From contig CASFJS010000004.1 of NCBI GenBank assembly GCA_949295085.1, forward strand, positions 13,372 through 77,371: a stretch of 64,000 nt of DNA, in the 5' to 3' direction. Source of the DNA: an uncultured Pseudomonadota bacterium (GTDB lineage: Bacteria; Pseudomonadota; Alphaproteobacteria; RF32; CAG-239). Within the stretch, counting starts at the first letter, position 1; every line of letters starts with the position of its first letter. Shown in pieces: positions 11,684 to 21,592 of the stretch. The position numbers and the translations under genes were made by a program. The notes beneath the pieces were generated by a model. It had not been told where the DNA came from. It saw only the letters and a program-made list of their open reading frames with translations, and did not search any database.

Positions 11684-11813
11684 GTTTTTCCTCCGTTTGA
11701 TAATGTTCGTAAAATCAGCATAACGGTAAAAATAAGCAAAAGCAACCTTGTTTTACAGCCGATAATGATTATTTGGTTCTGCTGATAACCGTTAATTTGT
11801 AAGGAGAAAAACA

Positions 11814-12323
11814 ATGGCCCAAATGGCACAAAAAATATTGCAGGTCGATAAAGACGAACTTCTTAAAGTTTTAAATGTGGCCTTTGCCGAAGAATGGCTG
11901 GCTTATTATCAATATTGGCTGGGCGCCAGATTAGCCGTCGGGCCGATGCGTCAGGCGGTTGCGGCGGAGTTTGCCGAGCACGCGGCAGAAGAACTTGAAC
12001 ATGCCGGAAAATTGGCTGCCCGCATAATTGAACTGGGCGGTACCCCGGTGTTGAGTCCGGAAGAATGGCCGCAAACGGCTCTGTGCAAATATGAAGCACC
12101 GGCCGAGCCCTATGTCGAAACGTTGTTGGAACAGAATTTAACGGCAGAACGCTGCGCCATCACCCGTTATCAAAAAATTTGCGAGCTGACTTTCGGCAAA
12201 GATTTTACGACTTACGCTTTGTCGGCGGATATTTTACGCGAGGAACTGGAGCATGAAGAAGAATTAAACGCCTACAAAGACGATATTGAGGCCACTTTTA
12301 ACCACCAAAACGAGAAATTGTGA
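11814..12323 (+). CDS. Dps/ferritin-like protein
   Basis: 169 aa. Ferritin-like four-helix signature (EELEHAGKLAARIIELGGTP). RBS AAGGAG. Confidence 0.5.
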   Translation: MAQMAQKILQVDKDELLKVLNVAFAEEWLAYYQYWLGARLAVGPMRQAVAAEFAEHAAEELEHAGKLAARIIELGGTPVLSPEEWPQTALCKYEAPAEPYVETLLEQNLTAERCAITRYQKICELTFGKDFTTYALSADILREELEHEEELNAYKDDIEATFNHQNEKL

Positions 12324-12581
12324 TAATGTATTGATTTATCTTGATATTATAAGATATTGATAATTACGTATTGACATATTTATTAAAATACGCCAAAATT
12401 TTGACAAAAATAGAATCGGAATGTGATTAATCAGACGAGTTTTTATCTGTCACAAGAGGCATTTGAACCAACAGACCATAATCACACTCCAAATAAACTT
12501 CAGAGGTCTGTTTTTTTATTTGCCGGAAACAGATAAAGAGGGAGCCCCGTTCTTTGCGGGGCTTTTCCTTATTTTTTGTTT

Positions 12582-13238
12582 TTAAGTCAATATGCAGGAA
12601 TATAATACCGCAAAAAAATGCATCACCGTTCCGGCCAAAACAAAAAAATGCCACACGGCATGCGTGTATTTGCGGCTTTTCCAAACATAAAACAAGATAC
12701 CAAAAGTATAAAACACGCCGCCCAAAACCAGAAAAACAAGCCCTGTTTGCGGAACGGCCGCTGCCAAAGAGCGCGAGGCAAACACAATCAGCCAGCCCAT
12801 CAGCAAATACAGTCCGATAGACCATATTTTGGTGCCGCTGCCCGTTGTCGAGGCCAGCTTTAACACCGTACCGAGGCCTGCCAACCCCCAGATGATGCCA
12901 AACAGCACCCAGCCGGTTACTCCGCGCAGGTTAACCAATAAAAACGGCGTATAAGTTCCGGCAATCAGGTAATAAATTGAAATATGGTCAAATTTTTTTA
13001 AGCGTCGCTTGATTTTTTCGTTTTTAATGGCGTGGTAAAGCGTTGAGGCCGTATAAAGCAAAATCATACTCACCCCGAAAATGATTGTCGAAACAATCAC
13101 CCAGGCATCGCCGTAGATGGCGGAAAACACCGCCAGCAACACCAGTCCGGCGATGCTCAGGCCGATTCCTATACCGTGGATAATGCAGTTCCACAATTCT
13201 TCTTTCGGCGTATAGCGGGACAAAACGGCTCCAGACAT
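12582..13238 (-). CDS. Hemolysin III family channel protein
   Basis: 7-TM protein with hlyIII/PAQR motifs (HGIG.G, YLLMGW, H..WH.FV). Start placed at MSGAV. Confidence 0.7.
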   Translation of the reverse strand: MSGAVLSRYTPKEELWNCIIHGIGIGLSIAGLVLLAVFSAIYGDAWVIVSTIIFGVSMILLYTASTLYHAIKNEKIKRRLKKFDHISIYYLIAGTYTPFLLVNLRGVTGWVLFGIIWGLAGLGTVLKLASTTGSGTKIWSIGLYLLMGWLIVFASRSLAAAVPQTGLVFLVLGGVFYTFGILFYVWKSRKYTHAVWHFFVLAGTVMHFFAVLYSCILT

Positions 13239-13429
13239 CACAAATCCTTTCACCGGACAATGATGGCGCATTTATGAAGTCTGTGTCAAGCAGGCACTTT
13301 TGCGTGCTATGGTATGTTTTGGGAAACTGTCGCACAACCGAAAAATTAGCTTGAAAAAATTCTGTTTAATGCTAAATTAGCTGTCGATAAATTTGAATAT
13401 GCCCGTGCGGGGCTGTCCGCATAAATTAA

Positions 13430-14461
<1,032 letters not shown>

Positions 14462-14473
14462 TTTGATGATAAT

Positions 14474-14516
14474 GAACCCCTGCCGGCCGCGCCGTTGCGG
14501 GGGTTCTGTTTTTTGT
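14474..14516 (+). terminator. Rho-independent terminator after gap
   Basis: GAACCCC...GGGGGTTC hairpin followed by TGTTTTTTG. Confidence 0.5.
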
Positions 14517-14536
14517 GCATAAGAAAAGGATAGAAA

Positions 14537-15748
14537 ATGACAGCATACAGAACACTTGATGATTTGGGCGATTTGCACGGCAAGGTTGCCATGCTGCGCG
14601 CTGATTTGAACGTCCCGATGGACGAAAACTTTCACGTAACCAACACGGCACGTATCGACCGTACGGTACCCACAATTAAAGAGCTGATGAACCGCGGCGC
14701 CAAAGTCGTTGTTATCTCACACTTCGGCCGGCCGGAAGGCAAGGGCGACATGAAAAACTCTTTATCGCATATTGTCGGCGATTTGCAAAAATCTTTGGGG
14801 CATAAGGTTGTTTTTGTTGACGATTGTATCGGCCCCAAGGTTGAAGAAGCCGTCAAAAACATGAAAGATGACGAAGTTTTGCTGTTGGAAAATCTTCGTT
14901 TCTACAACGAGGAGAAAAAAGGCGACGAGGCCTGGGCCAAAGAGCTGGTTAAACCGGCCGATGTCTATGTTTCCGACGCTTTTTCAACGGCTCACCGCGC
15001 TCATGCTTCCATGGTGGCCGCGGTTAAGGAACGTCCTTCGGCTTTCGGCTTGCTGATGGCCGAAGAAGTCAACGCTCTTTCCAAAGGCTTAAATGATCCC
15101 AAACGTCCGCTGATGGCTATTGTCGGCGGTTCAAAAGTTTCAACCAAGCTCGACTTGCTGAATAATCTGGTCAAAAGAGTTGATAAGCTGGTTATCTCCG
15201 GCGGTATGGCACACACTTTTATGAAAACCGCCGGCATCGACACCATCAACGAGGCCAACTCGCTGGTGCAGATGGATATGTTGGACACCGCCAAAGAAAT
15301 TATGGCCACGGCCAAAGCCAACAACTGCAAAATTGTTTTACCTCTGGATGTGGTTGTATCCAAAGAGTTTAAACCGATGGCCGAACACCAAACGGTTGAT
15401 CTCGCGCATATTCCGGCTGAGGGCTGGAGCCTGCTTGATGTCGGCGACAAAACCATTGCCGCAATTAACGCCGAGATGGACGGCTGCAGTACTTTGGTCT
15501 GGAACGGACCTTTGGGTGTGTTTGAGATGAAACCGTTTGACAATGCCACCAACAAAGTTGCCGAACATGCGGCCGAGCTGACGGCTGCCGGCAAGTTGAT
15601 GTCGGTTGCCGGCGGCGGCGACACGGTTTCGGCTCTGGCCAATGCAGGCGTTGAAAACAAGTTTTCTTACATTTCAACCGCCGGCGGCGCTTTTCTGGAA
15701 TGGATGGAGGGCAAAGAGCTCCCCGGCGTTGCGGTTTTGAAAAAATAA
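14537..15748 (+). CDS. pgk: Phosphoglycerate kinase
   Basis: 403 aa with PGK motifs throughout. Shares an RBS context (AAGGATAGA) with gap. Confidence 0.92.
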   Translation: MTAYRTLDDLGDLHGKVAMLRADLNVPMDENFHVTNTARIDRTVPTIKELMNRGAKVVVISHFGRPEGKGDMKNSLSHIVGDLQKSLGHKVVFVDDCIGPKVEEAVKNMKDDEVLLLENLRFYNEEKKGDEAWAKELVKPADVYVSDAFSTAHRAHASMVAAVKERPSAFGLLMAEEVNALSKGLNDPKRPLMAIVGGSKVSTKLDLLNNLVKRVDKLVISGGMAHTFMKTAGIDTINEANSLVQMDMLDTAKEIMATAKANNCKIVLPLDVVVSKEFKPMAEHQTVDLAHIPAEGWSLLDVGDKTIAAINAEMDGCSTLVWNGPLGVFEMKPFDNATNKVAEHAAELTAAGKLMSVAGGGDTVSALANAGVENKFSYISTAGGAFLEWMEGKELPGVAVLKK

Positions 15749-15886
15749 GCTTCGGCATGATTTGCTGATTTAAGGCCTTGTCAAAAATTCTCGACAAGGC
15801 CTTTATCGTACTCCTCAAAAATCTTCCTTTTTTCCGTCGGGCAAGAACAGAGCAAATGGCGGGCCTCATCGGGAACAGGATGTTTT

Positions 15887-16984
15887 TTATTTTCTGGGTT
15901 CAAAAACTTCTCCGCCGATAACCTCTTGGACGGCTCCGGTGGTAAAAGGAAACGATGTCGGCATTTGCTGGAGTCTTCTGACCGCCAGATAAGCAAAAGC
16001 CTGCGCCTCAATTCCCATAGAGTTAAACCCGCATTCTTCCGCCGTACATACCGGAATATCCCTAAGCCGCCGGTGCAAAAAACGCAAAATTGTCGGGTTT
16101 TTGGCCCCGCCGCCGCAAACAATAACTTTTTTGGGGGTTAGCGGAATAAAATTATGGATACTTTGCGCAATGGCCTCTGTGACAAAGGCCGTTACCGTTG
16201 CAGCCCCGTCCTCAAGACTTAAGCCCTCCAAATGCTCCAGCTTGTTGTCAAAAGTCTGATTATCGGCTGCTTTAGGCGGCAGTTTGGCCAAAAATTTGTG
16301 TTTCATCATACTGGCCAGAACGTCTTCGTTAATTTGGCCGGTAATACCGAGTTTGCCGTTATAATCCATGTGCATATTGCCGTGCTTGTTGACCCATTCA
16401 TTGATGGCGGCATTCCCCGGTCCGGCATCAAAAGCCGTCAGTTCGCCGTTTTGGCCGATAAACGTTACCGCGCTCAGGCCGCCGATATCAACAAACACCG
16501 TCGGCTTTTCTTCTTTTTGTGCCAATGCGGCATGATAAACGGCCGACAGCGGCGCGCCCTGGCCGCCGGCCAGAATATCGGCATTGCGAAATTTTCCCAC
16601 CACACGCACACCCAGAGCATTGGCCAGTTTTTGTCCGTCGCCGATTTGGTAAAGAATATGTTCCGCCGGCCGGTGACAAACAATATGTCCGCCAAAACCA
16701 ATCAGCGTTATGCCCTCGTAATCGGTCATAATCTCGCGCGCCGCACCGATATGAAATTCGGTCAAAGCATTCTCAAGCCGTTGTTTTTCGTCATCGTTCA
16801 TGCCGGCAAAATGGTGGTGCAAATGCCGCAGTCCCTCGTGCAGGTTATCGTCATACGGAATATCAAACGTCTTGCCGAATTCAAATACATCCACGCCGTC
16901 GGTGGTAATGATTGAGGCATTAATGCCGTCCAGCGACGATCCGCTGGACAACCCGAGAACCTTGTATGTCTGTATCGGATTCAT
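15887..16984 (-). CDS. anmK: Anhydro-N-acetylmuramic acid kinase
   Basis: AnmK family (ASKHA fold), about 365 aa. Start placed at MNPIQTYKVLGLSSGSSLDG. Confidence 0.8.
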   Translation of the reverse strand: MNPIQTYKVLGLSSGSSLDGINASIITTDGVDVFEFGKTFDIPYDDNLHEGLRHLHHHFAGMNDDEKQRLENALTEFHIGAAREIMTDYEGITLIGFGGHIVCHRPAEHILYQIGDGQKLANALGVRVVGKFRNADILAGGQGAPLSAVYHAALAQKEEKPTVFVDIGGLSAVTFIGQNGELTAFDAGPGNAAINEWVNKHGNMHMDYNGKLGITGQINEDVLASMMKHKFLAKLPPKAADNQTFDNKLEHLEGLSLEDGAATVTAFVTEAIAQSIHNFIPLTPKKVIVCGGGAKNPTILRFLHRRLRDIPVCTAEECGFNSMGIEAQAFAYLAVRRLQQMPTSFPFTTGAVQEVIGGEVFEPRK

Positions 16985-17074
16985 AAAAAAGCAAACTCCT
17001 TTCTTGCATTGCAAAAATAATATGCTAATATGCGTTAAAATTTGGTTATATCAGATAAAAGGAGAGAAAAAACA

Positions 17075-18325
17075 ATGTCGGAATTCAAGTCCGAATTTTT
17101 GAATATTATGCTTGAACGCGGGTTTTACAATCAATGCACCAATATCGAGGGCTTTGATGTTTATTTGTCCGAATGCGAAAAATCGGGCCGTCCCGCAGTC
17201 GGCTATCTGGGTTCCGACCCCACCGGCGACAGTCTGCACGTCGGGCATATCGTGCCATTGATGATGCTGCGCTGGTTTCAGCGTTGCGGCCACAAGCCGT
17301 TGACACTGGTCGGCGGCGCTACCGCGCGTATCGGCGACCCTTCCGGTAAAGACAAATTACGCCCGTTTTTGGACGAGGCCACGCTGGCGCACAATATCGA
17401 AGGATTGAAAAAGTCGTTTTCCAAGTTCCTAAAGTTTGGCGACGGCGCCAATGATGCCGTCATGGTTGACAACTGGGATTGGTTTAAAGACGTTAATTAT
17501 CTGGAATTTTTACGCGATATCGGCACCTGTTATTCGGTTAATCGGATGCTGACGATGGATTCGGTCAAGACCCGCCTTGAGCGCGAACAGCCGATGAGCT
17601 TTTTGGAATTTAACTATATGTTGTTGCAGGGATATGATTTTTGTGTCCTGCTGCAAAAATACGGTTGCCGCGCCCAAATTGCCGGTTCCGACCAATGGGG
17701 CAACATCACCTCCGGCACCGAGCTCGGTCGTCGCAAATACGATACCGAATTGTTTGGTTTTACTGCGCCGATTATCACCGACGCTTCCGGCAAAAAAATG
17801 GGCAAATCCGAGGGGAATGCCGTCTGGATTAATGAAGACAAACTCTCTTCTTATAATTATTACCAATATTTCCGCAACATTAGCGATACCGAAGTCGGCA
17901 AATGCCTGCGTATTTATACCGACCTGCCGATAGACGAAGTTAAGCGCTTAGAAGCCTTAAAAGATCAGGAAATCAACGAGGCCAAAAAGATTCTGGCCTT
18001 TGAGGCAACCAAGATCTGCCGCGGCTTGGCTGAGGCCGAAGCGGCTCAGGCCACCGCCGTCAAAACCTTTGAGCAGGGCGGCGCCGGCAACAATCTGCCG
18101 GTGGTTGAGGCCGCCGCCGGTACGGGCATTTTGGATGTCTTTGTCAATATCGGCTTTTGCGCTTCCAAAGGCGAGGCGCGCCGCCTGATTAAACAAGGCG
18201 GGCTAAAGTTGAATGACACTGCCGTTGCAGACGAGAACTACCGTCTGCAAACATCCGATTTCAGCAATGGTCAGGCCAAAATCGCCTTAGGTAAGAAAAA
18301 ATTCGGCATTATTAAAGCCTGTTGA
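17075..18325 (+). CDS. tyrS: Tyrosine--tRNA ligase
   Basis: Class I HIGH motif (SLHVGHI) and KMSKS motif (KKMGKS), plus a C-terminal S4 domain. RBS AAAGGAGAG upstream of ATG at 17075. Confidence 0.88.
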   Translation: MSEFKSEFLNIMLERGFYNQCTNIEGFDVYLSECEKSGRPAVGYLGSDPTGDSLHVGHIVPLMMLRWFQRCGHKPLTLVGGATARIGDPSGKDKLRPFLDEATLAHNIEGLKKSFSKFLKFGDGANDAVMVDNWDWFKDVNYLEFLRDIGTCYSVNRMLTMDSVKTRLEREQPMSFLEFNYMLLQGYDFCVLLQKYGCRAQIAGSDQWGNITSGTELGRRKYDTELFGFTAPIITDASGKKMGKSEGNAVWINEDKLSSYNYYQYFRNISDTEVGKCLRIYTDLPIDEVKRLEALKDQEINEAKKILAFEATKICRGLAEAEAAQATAVKTFEQGGAGNNLPVVEAAAGTGILDVFVNIGFCASKGEARRLIKQGGLKLNDTAVADENYRLQTSDFSNGQAKIALGKKKFGIIKAC

Positions 18326-18396
18326 TATTGATATTTTAACTTTTAAACCTTAAATTATTTTAGAAAGCTCAAATAAAAAATTTAAGGAGGTTGGCG

Positions 18397-18849
18397 GTGC
18401 CGGATAGTTTACCGGAATTGCGCGATATTCATCTGCCGGAAGGCGTATCGGCCTTTCCGCCGGCTTATGGCTGGTGGGTTATCTTGGCCGCACTTATCGG
18501 TATTCTTATTTTGTACCGCCTGTTTTTTTTGCTGCGCCGTAAGTCCAAGAAGCTTTATGCTTTGCGTTTGTTAAACAAGACTCAAAACGATTCGCTTTTT
18601 GCCGCGGCGCAAATGTCTGAAATTCTGCGTCGTATCTGCGTCTACAAATATCCGGAGGCCGCCGCGCTTGACGGGCAGCGTTGGCTCGATTTTTTAACTC
18701 ATCATAGCAAAAAAGCAGCCCTTTCAAAAAGTGCGACCGCTTTGCTTCTGAATGCGCCCTATATGCCGGAAGACAGCCATGATTTTGCCGCGGCCGATGT
18801 CGTGGCACTGCGTGATTTTTGCCGCCGTTGGATAGGAGAAAATCTATGA
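18397..18849 (+). CDS. DUF4381 domain membrane protein (Bat-operon associated)
   Basis: One TM helix. Sits directly upstream of batA and is translationally coupled to it. GTG start after AAGGAGG. Confidence 0.5.
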   Translation: MPDSLPELRDIHLPEGVSAFPPAYGWWVILAALIGILILYRLFFLLRRKSKKLYALRLLNKTQNDSLFAAAQMSEILRRICVYKYPEAAALDGQRWLDFLTHHSKKAALSKSATALLLNAPYMPEDSHDFAAADVVALRDFCRRWIGENL

Positions 18850-19832
18850 CGGTTTTGGCTTATCCTTATGCGCTGCTCCTGTTGCTGTTGCCGTTTTTGT
18901 TCTATCGTTTATTGCCGGCGGTTAAGGGTCTGCACGGCGATTCTTTGCGTGTGCCGTTTTTGGCGGATCTGCAGCGTATCAATATTGCTTCCGGCGGCCT
19001 GTGGCAGATGGAAACAGGCTCCGGAAAGACATCAAAAAAATTTTGGCCGCTGTATTTAATCTGGGTTTTGTTATGTCTTGCGGCGGCCCGGCCGCAATAT
19101 ATCGGCGAACCGCTGCCTCTTAAAAACGACAGTCGTGACATTATGCTGGTTTTGGATATATCAACCTCAATGCTGGAACCTGATTTTACTTTGGGCAACC
19201 GGCGAATGACCCGCCTTGATGCGGTCAAGGCTGTGGTATCCTCTTTTGCCGACAAGCGCGCTGACGATCGTTTGGGGTTAATCTTGTTTGGTACTCGCGC
19301 CTATTTGCAGGCGCCGTTAACATTTGACAAAGCCGGCGTCAAAGATATCTTATACTCAATGCAGGCCGGCATGGCGGGTGATTCAACCAGTATCGGCGAT
19401 GCCCTGGCACTGGCCTTAAAAAATTTGAGCGGACAAAAAGGTGATAAGGTTATTATTCTGTTGACCGACGGCGAAAACAATGACGGTTCTTTGAGCCTCG
19501 GTCAAGCCATCAAAATGGCTGCCGATGAGGGCATCAAAACCTATACCATCGGTGTCGGCTCGCCGAATGTCTTTTTCGGTATGTTGCGGCTGGCCGCGCC
19601 GGGGGTGGATGAACAAGAGCTGAAATTGTTGGCCGAGGCCACCAAAGGGCAATATTTTCGTGCCGAAAGCACCGCCGATTTGCAAAAGGTATATGATTTG
19701 ATAAACCAACTTGAGCCGACCAATAACGATGCGCGTTATGTGCGAGAAACCACCGAGCTTTACGCCCTGCCGCTGCTCTTGGCCATAATACTCGGCTTGG
19801 GTCTGGCTTTTGTTTTGCGGAGGATTGGCTGA
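18846..19832 (+). CDS. batA: VWA domain protein BatA
   Basis: N-terminal TM helices plus a von Willebrand A domain with MIDAS motif (DISTSM). ATGA overlaps with both neighbours. Confidence 0.75.
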   Translation: MTVLAYPYALLLLLLPFLFYRLLPAVKGLHGDSLRVPFLADLQRINIASGGLWQMETGSGKTSKKFWPLYLIWVLLCLAAARPQYIGEPLPLKNDSRDIMLVLDISTSMLEPDFTLGNRRMTRLDAVKAVVSSFADKRADDRLGLILFGTRAYLQAPLTFDKAGVKDILYSMQAGMAGDSTSIGDALALALKNLSGQKGDKVIILLTDGENNDGSLSLGQAIKMAADEGIKTYTIGVGSPNVFFGMLRLAAPGVDEQELKLLAEATKGQYFRAESTADLQKVYDLINQLEPTNNDARYVRETTELYALPLLLAIILGLGLAFVLRRIG

Positions 19833-21589
19833 TGGCAGACTTCTGGCAGAATTTTCATTTTTTGCGGCCGTGGCTTTTGTTGTTGCTGATATTGCCGGCC
19901 TTGCTTTACGGATTTTATTTTCGCGGGCTCAACACGCAATCTTCCTGGCAAAAGATTATAGACAAACGTTTGTTGGATTTTTTGCTGATTAAAGGTTCGG
20001 CGGTTAAACGGCGGGTGTTGGTTTGGCTTGGTGGTATCGGGCTGATGACGGCGATGATTGCGGCAGCCGGTCCGTCATGGCAGAAGACGGAGGTTCCGGC
20101 CTATGCGCCGCAAAATCCGGTGATGATATTGTTGAATTTGTCATCCGATATGAACGAGACGGATTTAACCCCCTCGCGCCTGAGCCGCGCCAAATATAAA
20201 ATCAAAGATTTTTTGACCCTGTTGCACGGTGTTGAAGTCGGTCTGTTGGTTTATTCTGCCGAGCCTTTTGTTATTTCGCCTCTAACCGACGATGTCCATA
20301 TTTTGCAAAATTTGTTACCGGCCGTTAATTTGGACATTATGCCGACAAACGGTGACCGGCTTGACCGCGCCATTGATCTGGCAGCGGCAAAAATCAAGGC
20401 TGCCGGTTATCGCGAAGGGCGTTTGGTTATTTTTGCGCCGGATGTCGGCCAGGCGTTTGACAGAGCTCTGGCCGCGGCCGAAGATGTGCATCGCGACGGG
20501 TTTAAGATTGATATTATCGGTGTTTCGGCCGCCGCTAACGAAAAACTGGCCATGGTTGCCAAAGCCGGCGGCGGCAGTTATTGGCCGCTGCAAGCCGACG
20601 ATGCCAAAATAGCCGCTTTGGCAGCCGAGCTTAATCAAAACAGCGACGATTTATCCGCAAGCGAGAATAAGCGCACCGTTTGGCTGGATGCCGGCTATTG
20701 GCTGCTGCCGCTGCCGTTGTTGTGTTGCTTGTTGTTTTTCCGCAAAGGTATCTTGGTTGTAGCTTTGATTCTTTTGTCATCAAACGCTTATGCCGGCTTT
20801 TTCTTAAACGCCGATCAGGAGGGTCTGCGCGCCTTTAACAACGGCGATTATCCGGCGGCGGCGGCCTCTTTTGCCGACGCTGACTGGAAAGCTGCCGCTT
20901 TATATCGGGCCGGCGATTACGCAGGCGCTTATAAGGAATATCAAAAAAGCAACAGTGTTGACGCTTTGTATAATCAGGGCAATGCTTTGGCCAAAGGCGG
21001 CAAGATAAAAGAAGCCATTGCCAAATATGAGGAGGTTTTGCGCCAGGAGCCGAATCACGAAGATGCCAAATTTAATCTGGAGTACTTAAAAAAACAGCAA
21101 CAACAAAACCAACAACAGCAAAACCAACAACAGCAAAACCAACAACAAAACGAACGGCAAGATCAACAACAAAACCAACAGCAGCAACAAAACCGGCAAG
21201 CTGATGATAATCAACAAAATGCCGATAACCAAAACAATACGCCGCAACCATCCGAGGGTGAGCAGAATTCCGCGCAACAGCAGCAACAGGATGAATCATC
21301 GCCGCAGTCTGAGGGCAAACAGGATAAAAATTCCGATAATCAGGATAATCAAGCCGGGCAAGAACGCGAAAAAGCGGCGGATGATTTGCTTGATGAAAGC
21401 GAGCCACGGCCCGAGGGGAATAAAGAGCAAAAAGGAGCCTTGCCCAAACAAGGCGGTGAGCAGGAAAAATACGACGAACAAATGCAGGCCAAAACAGCCC
21501 GTTACCGCGAAATACCGGAAGATCCCGGCGGCCTGTTGAAAGCTTTTATTTATCAGGAATATCGTCAAAATCGTTATCAAGAGGAATAA
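19832..21589 (+). CDS. batB: VWA + TPR protein (BatB/BatC-like fusion) with Q/N-rich low-complexity tail
   Basis: TM helices, VWA domain, a second TM helix, TPR repeats (YNQGNALAKGGKIKEAIAKYEEVLRQEPNHEDAKFNL), then a QQQNQ-type repeat region. Confidence 0.7.
   Translation: MADFWQNFHFLRPWLLLLLILPALLYGFYFRGLNTQSSWQKIIDKRLLDFLLIKGSAVKRRVLVWLGGIGLMTAMIAAAGPSWQKTEVPAYAPQNPVMILLNLSSDMNETDLTPSRLSRAKYKIKDFLTLLHGVEVGLLVYSAEPFVISPLTDDVHILQNLLPAVNLDIMPTNGDRLDRAIDLAAAKIKAAGYREGRLVIFAPDVGQAFDRALAAAEDVHRDGFKIDIIGVSAAANEKLAMVAKAGGGSYWPLQADDAKIAALAAELNQNSDDLSASENKRTVWLDAGYWLLPLPLLCCLLFFRKGILVVALILLSSNAYAGFFLNADQEGLRAFNNGDYPAAAASFADADWKAAALYRAGDYAGAYKEYQKSNSVDALYNQGNALAKGGKIKEAIAKYEEVLRQEPNHEDAKFNLEYLKKQQQQNQQQQNQQQQNQQQNERQDQQQNQQQQQNRQADDNQQNADNQNNTPQPSEGEQNSAQQQQQDESSPQSEGKQDKNSDNQDNQAGQEREKAADDLLDESEPRPEGNKEQKGALPKQGGEQEKYDEQMQAKTARYREIPEDPGGLLKAFIYQEYRQNRYQEE
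21086..21250 (+). repeat. Imperfect tandem 15-nt repeats (CAACAACAGCAAAAC-like) encoding (QQQNQ)n inside batB
   Basis: Visible by eye: ...CAACAACAGCAAAACCAACAACAGCAAAACCAACAACAAAAC... Confidence 0.8.
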
Positions 21590-21592
21590 AAA

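Noticed and set aside
21086-21286. Reverse-strand ORF encoding a poly-Leu/Val peptide, plus 21072-21407(-) and 21204-21539(+).
   Set aside because: These are artefacts of the Q/N-encoding tandem repeat inside batB. They are low-complexity and overlap a well-supported gene.
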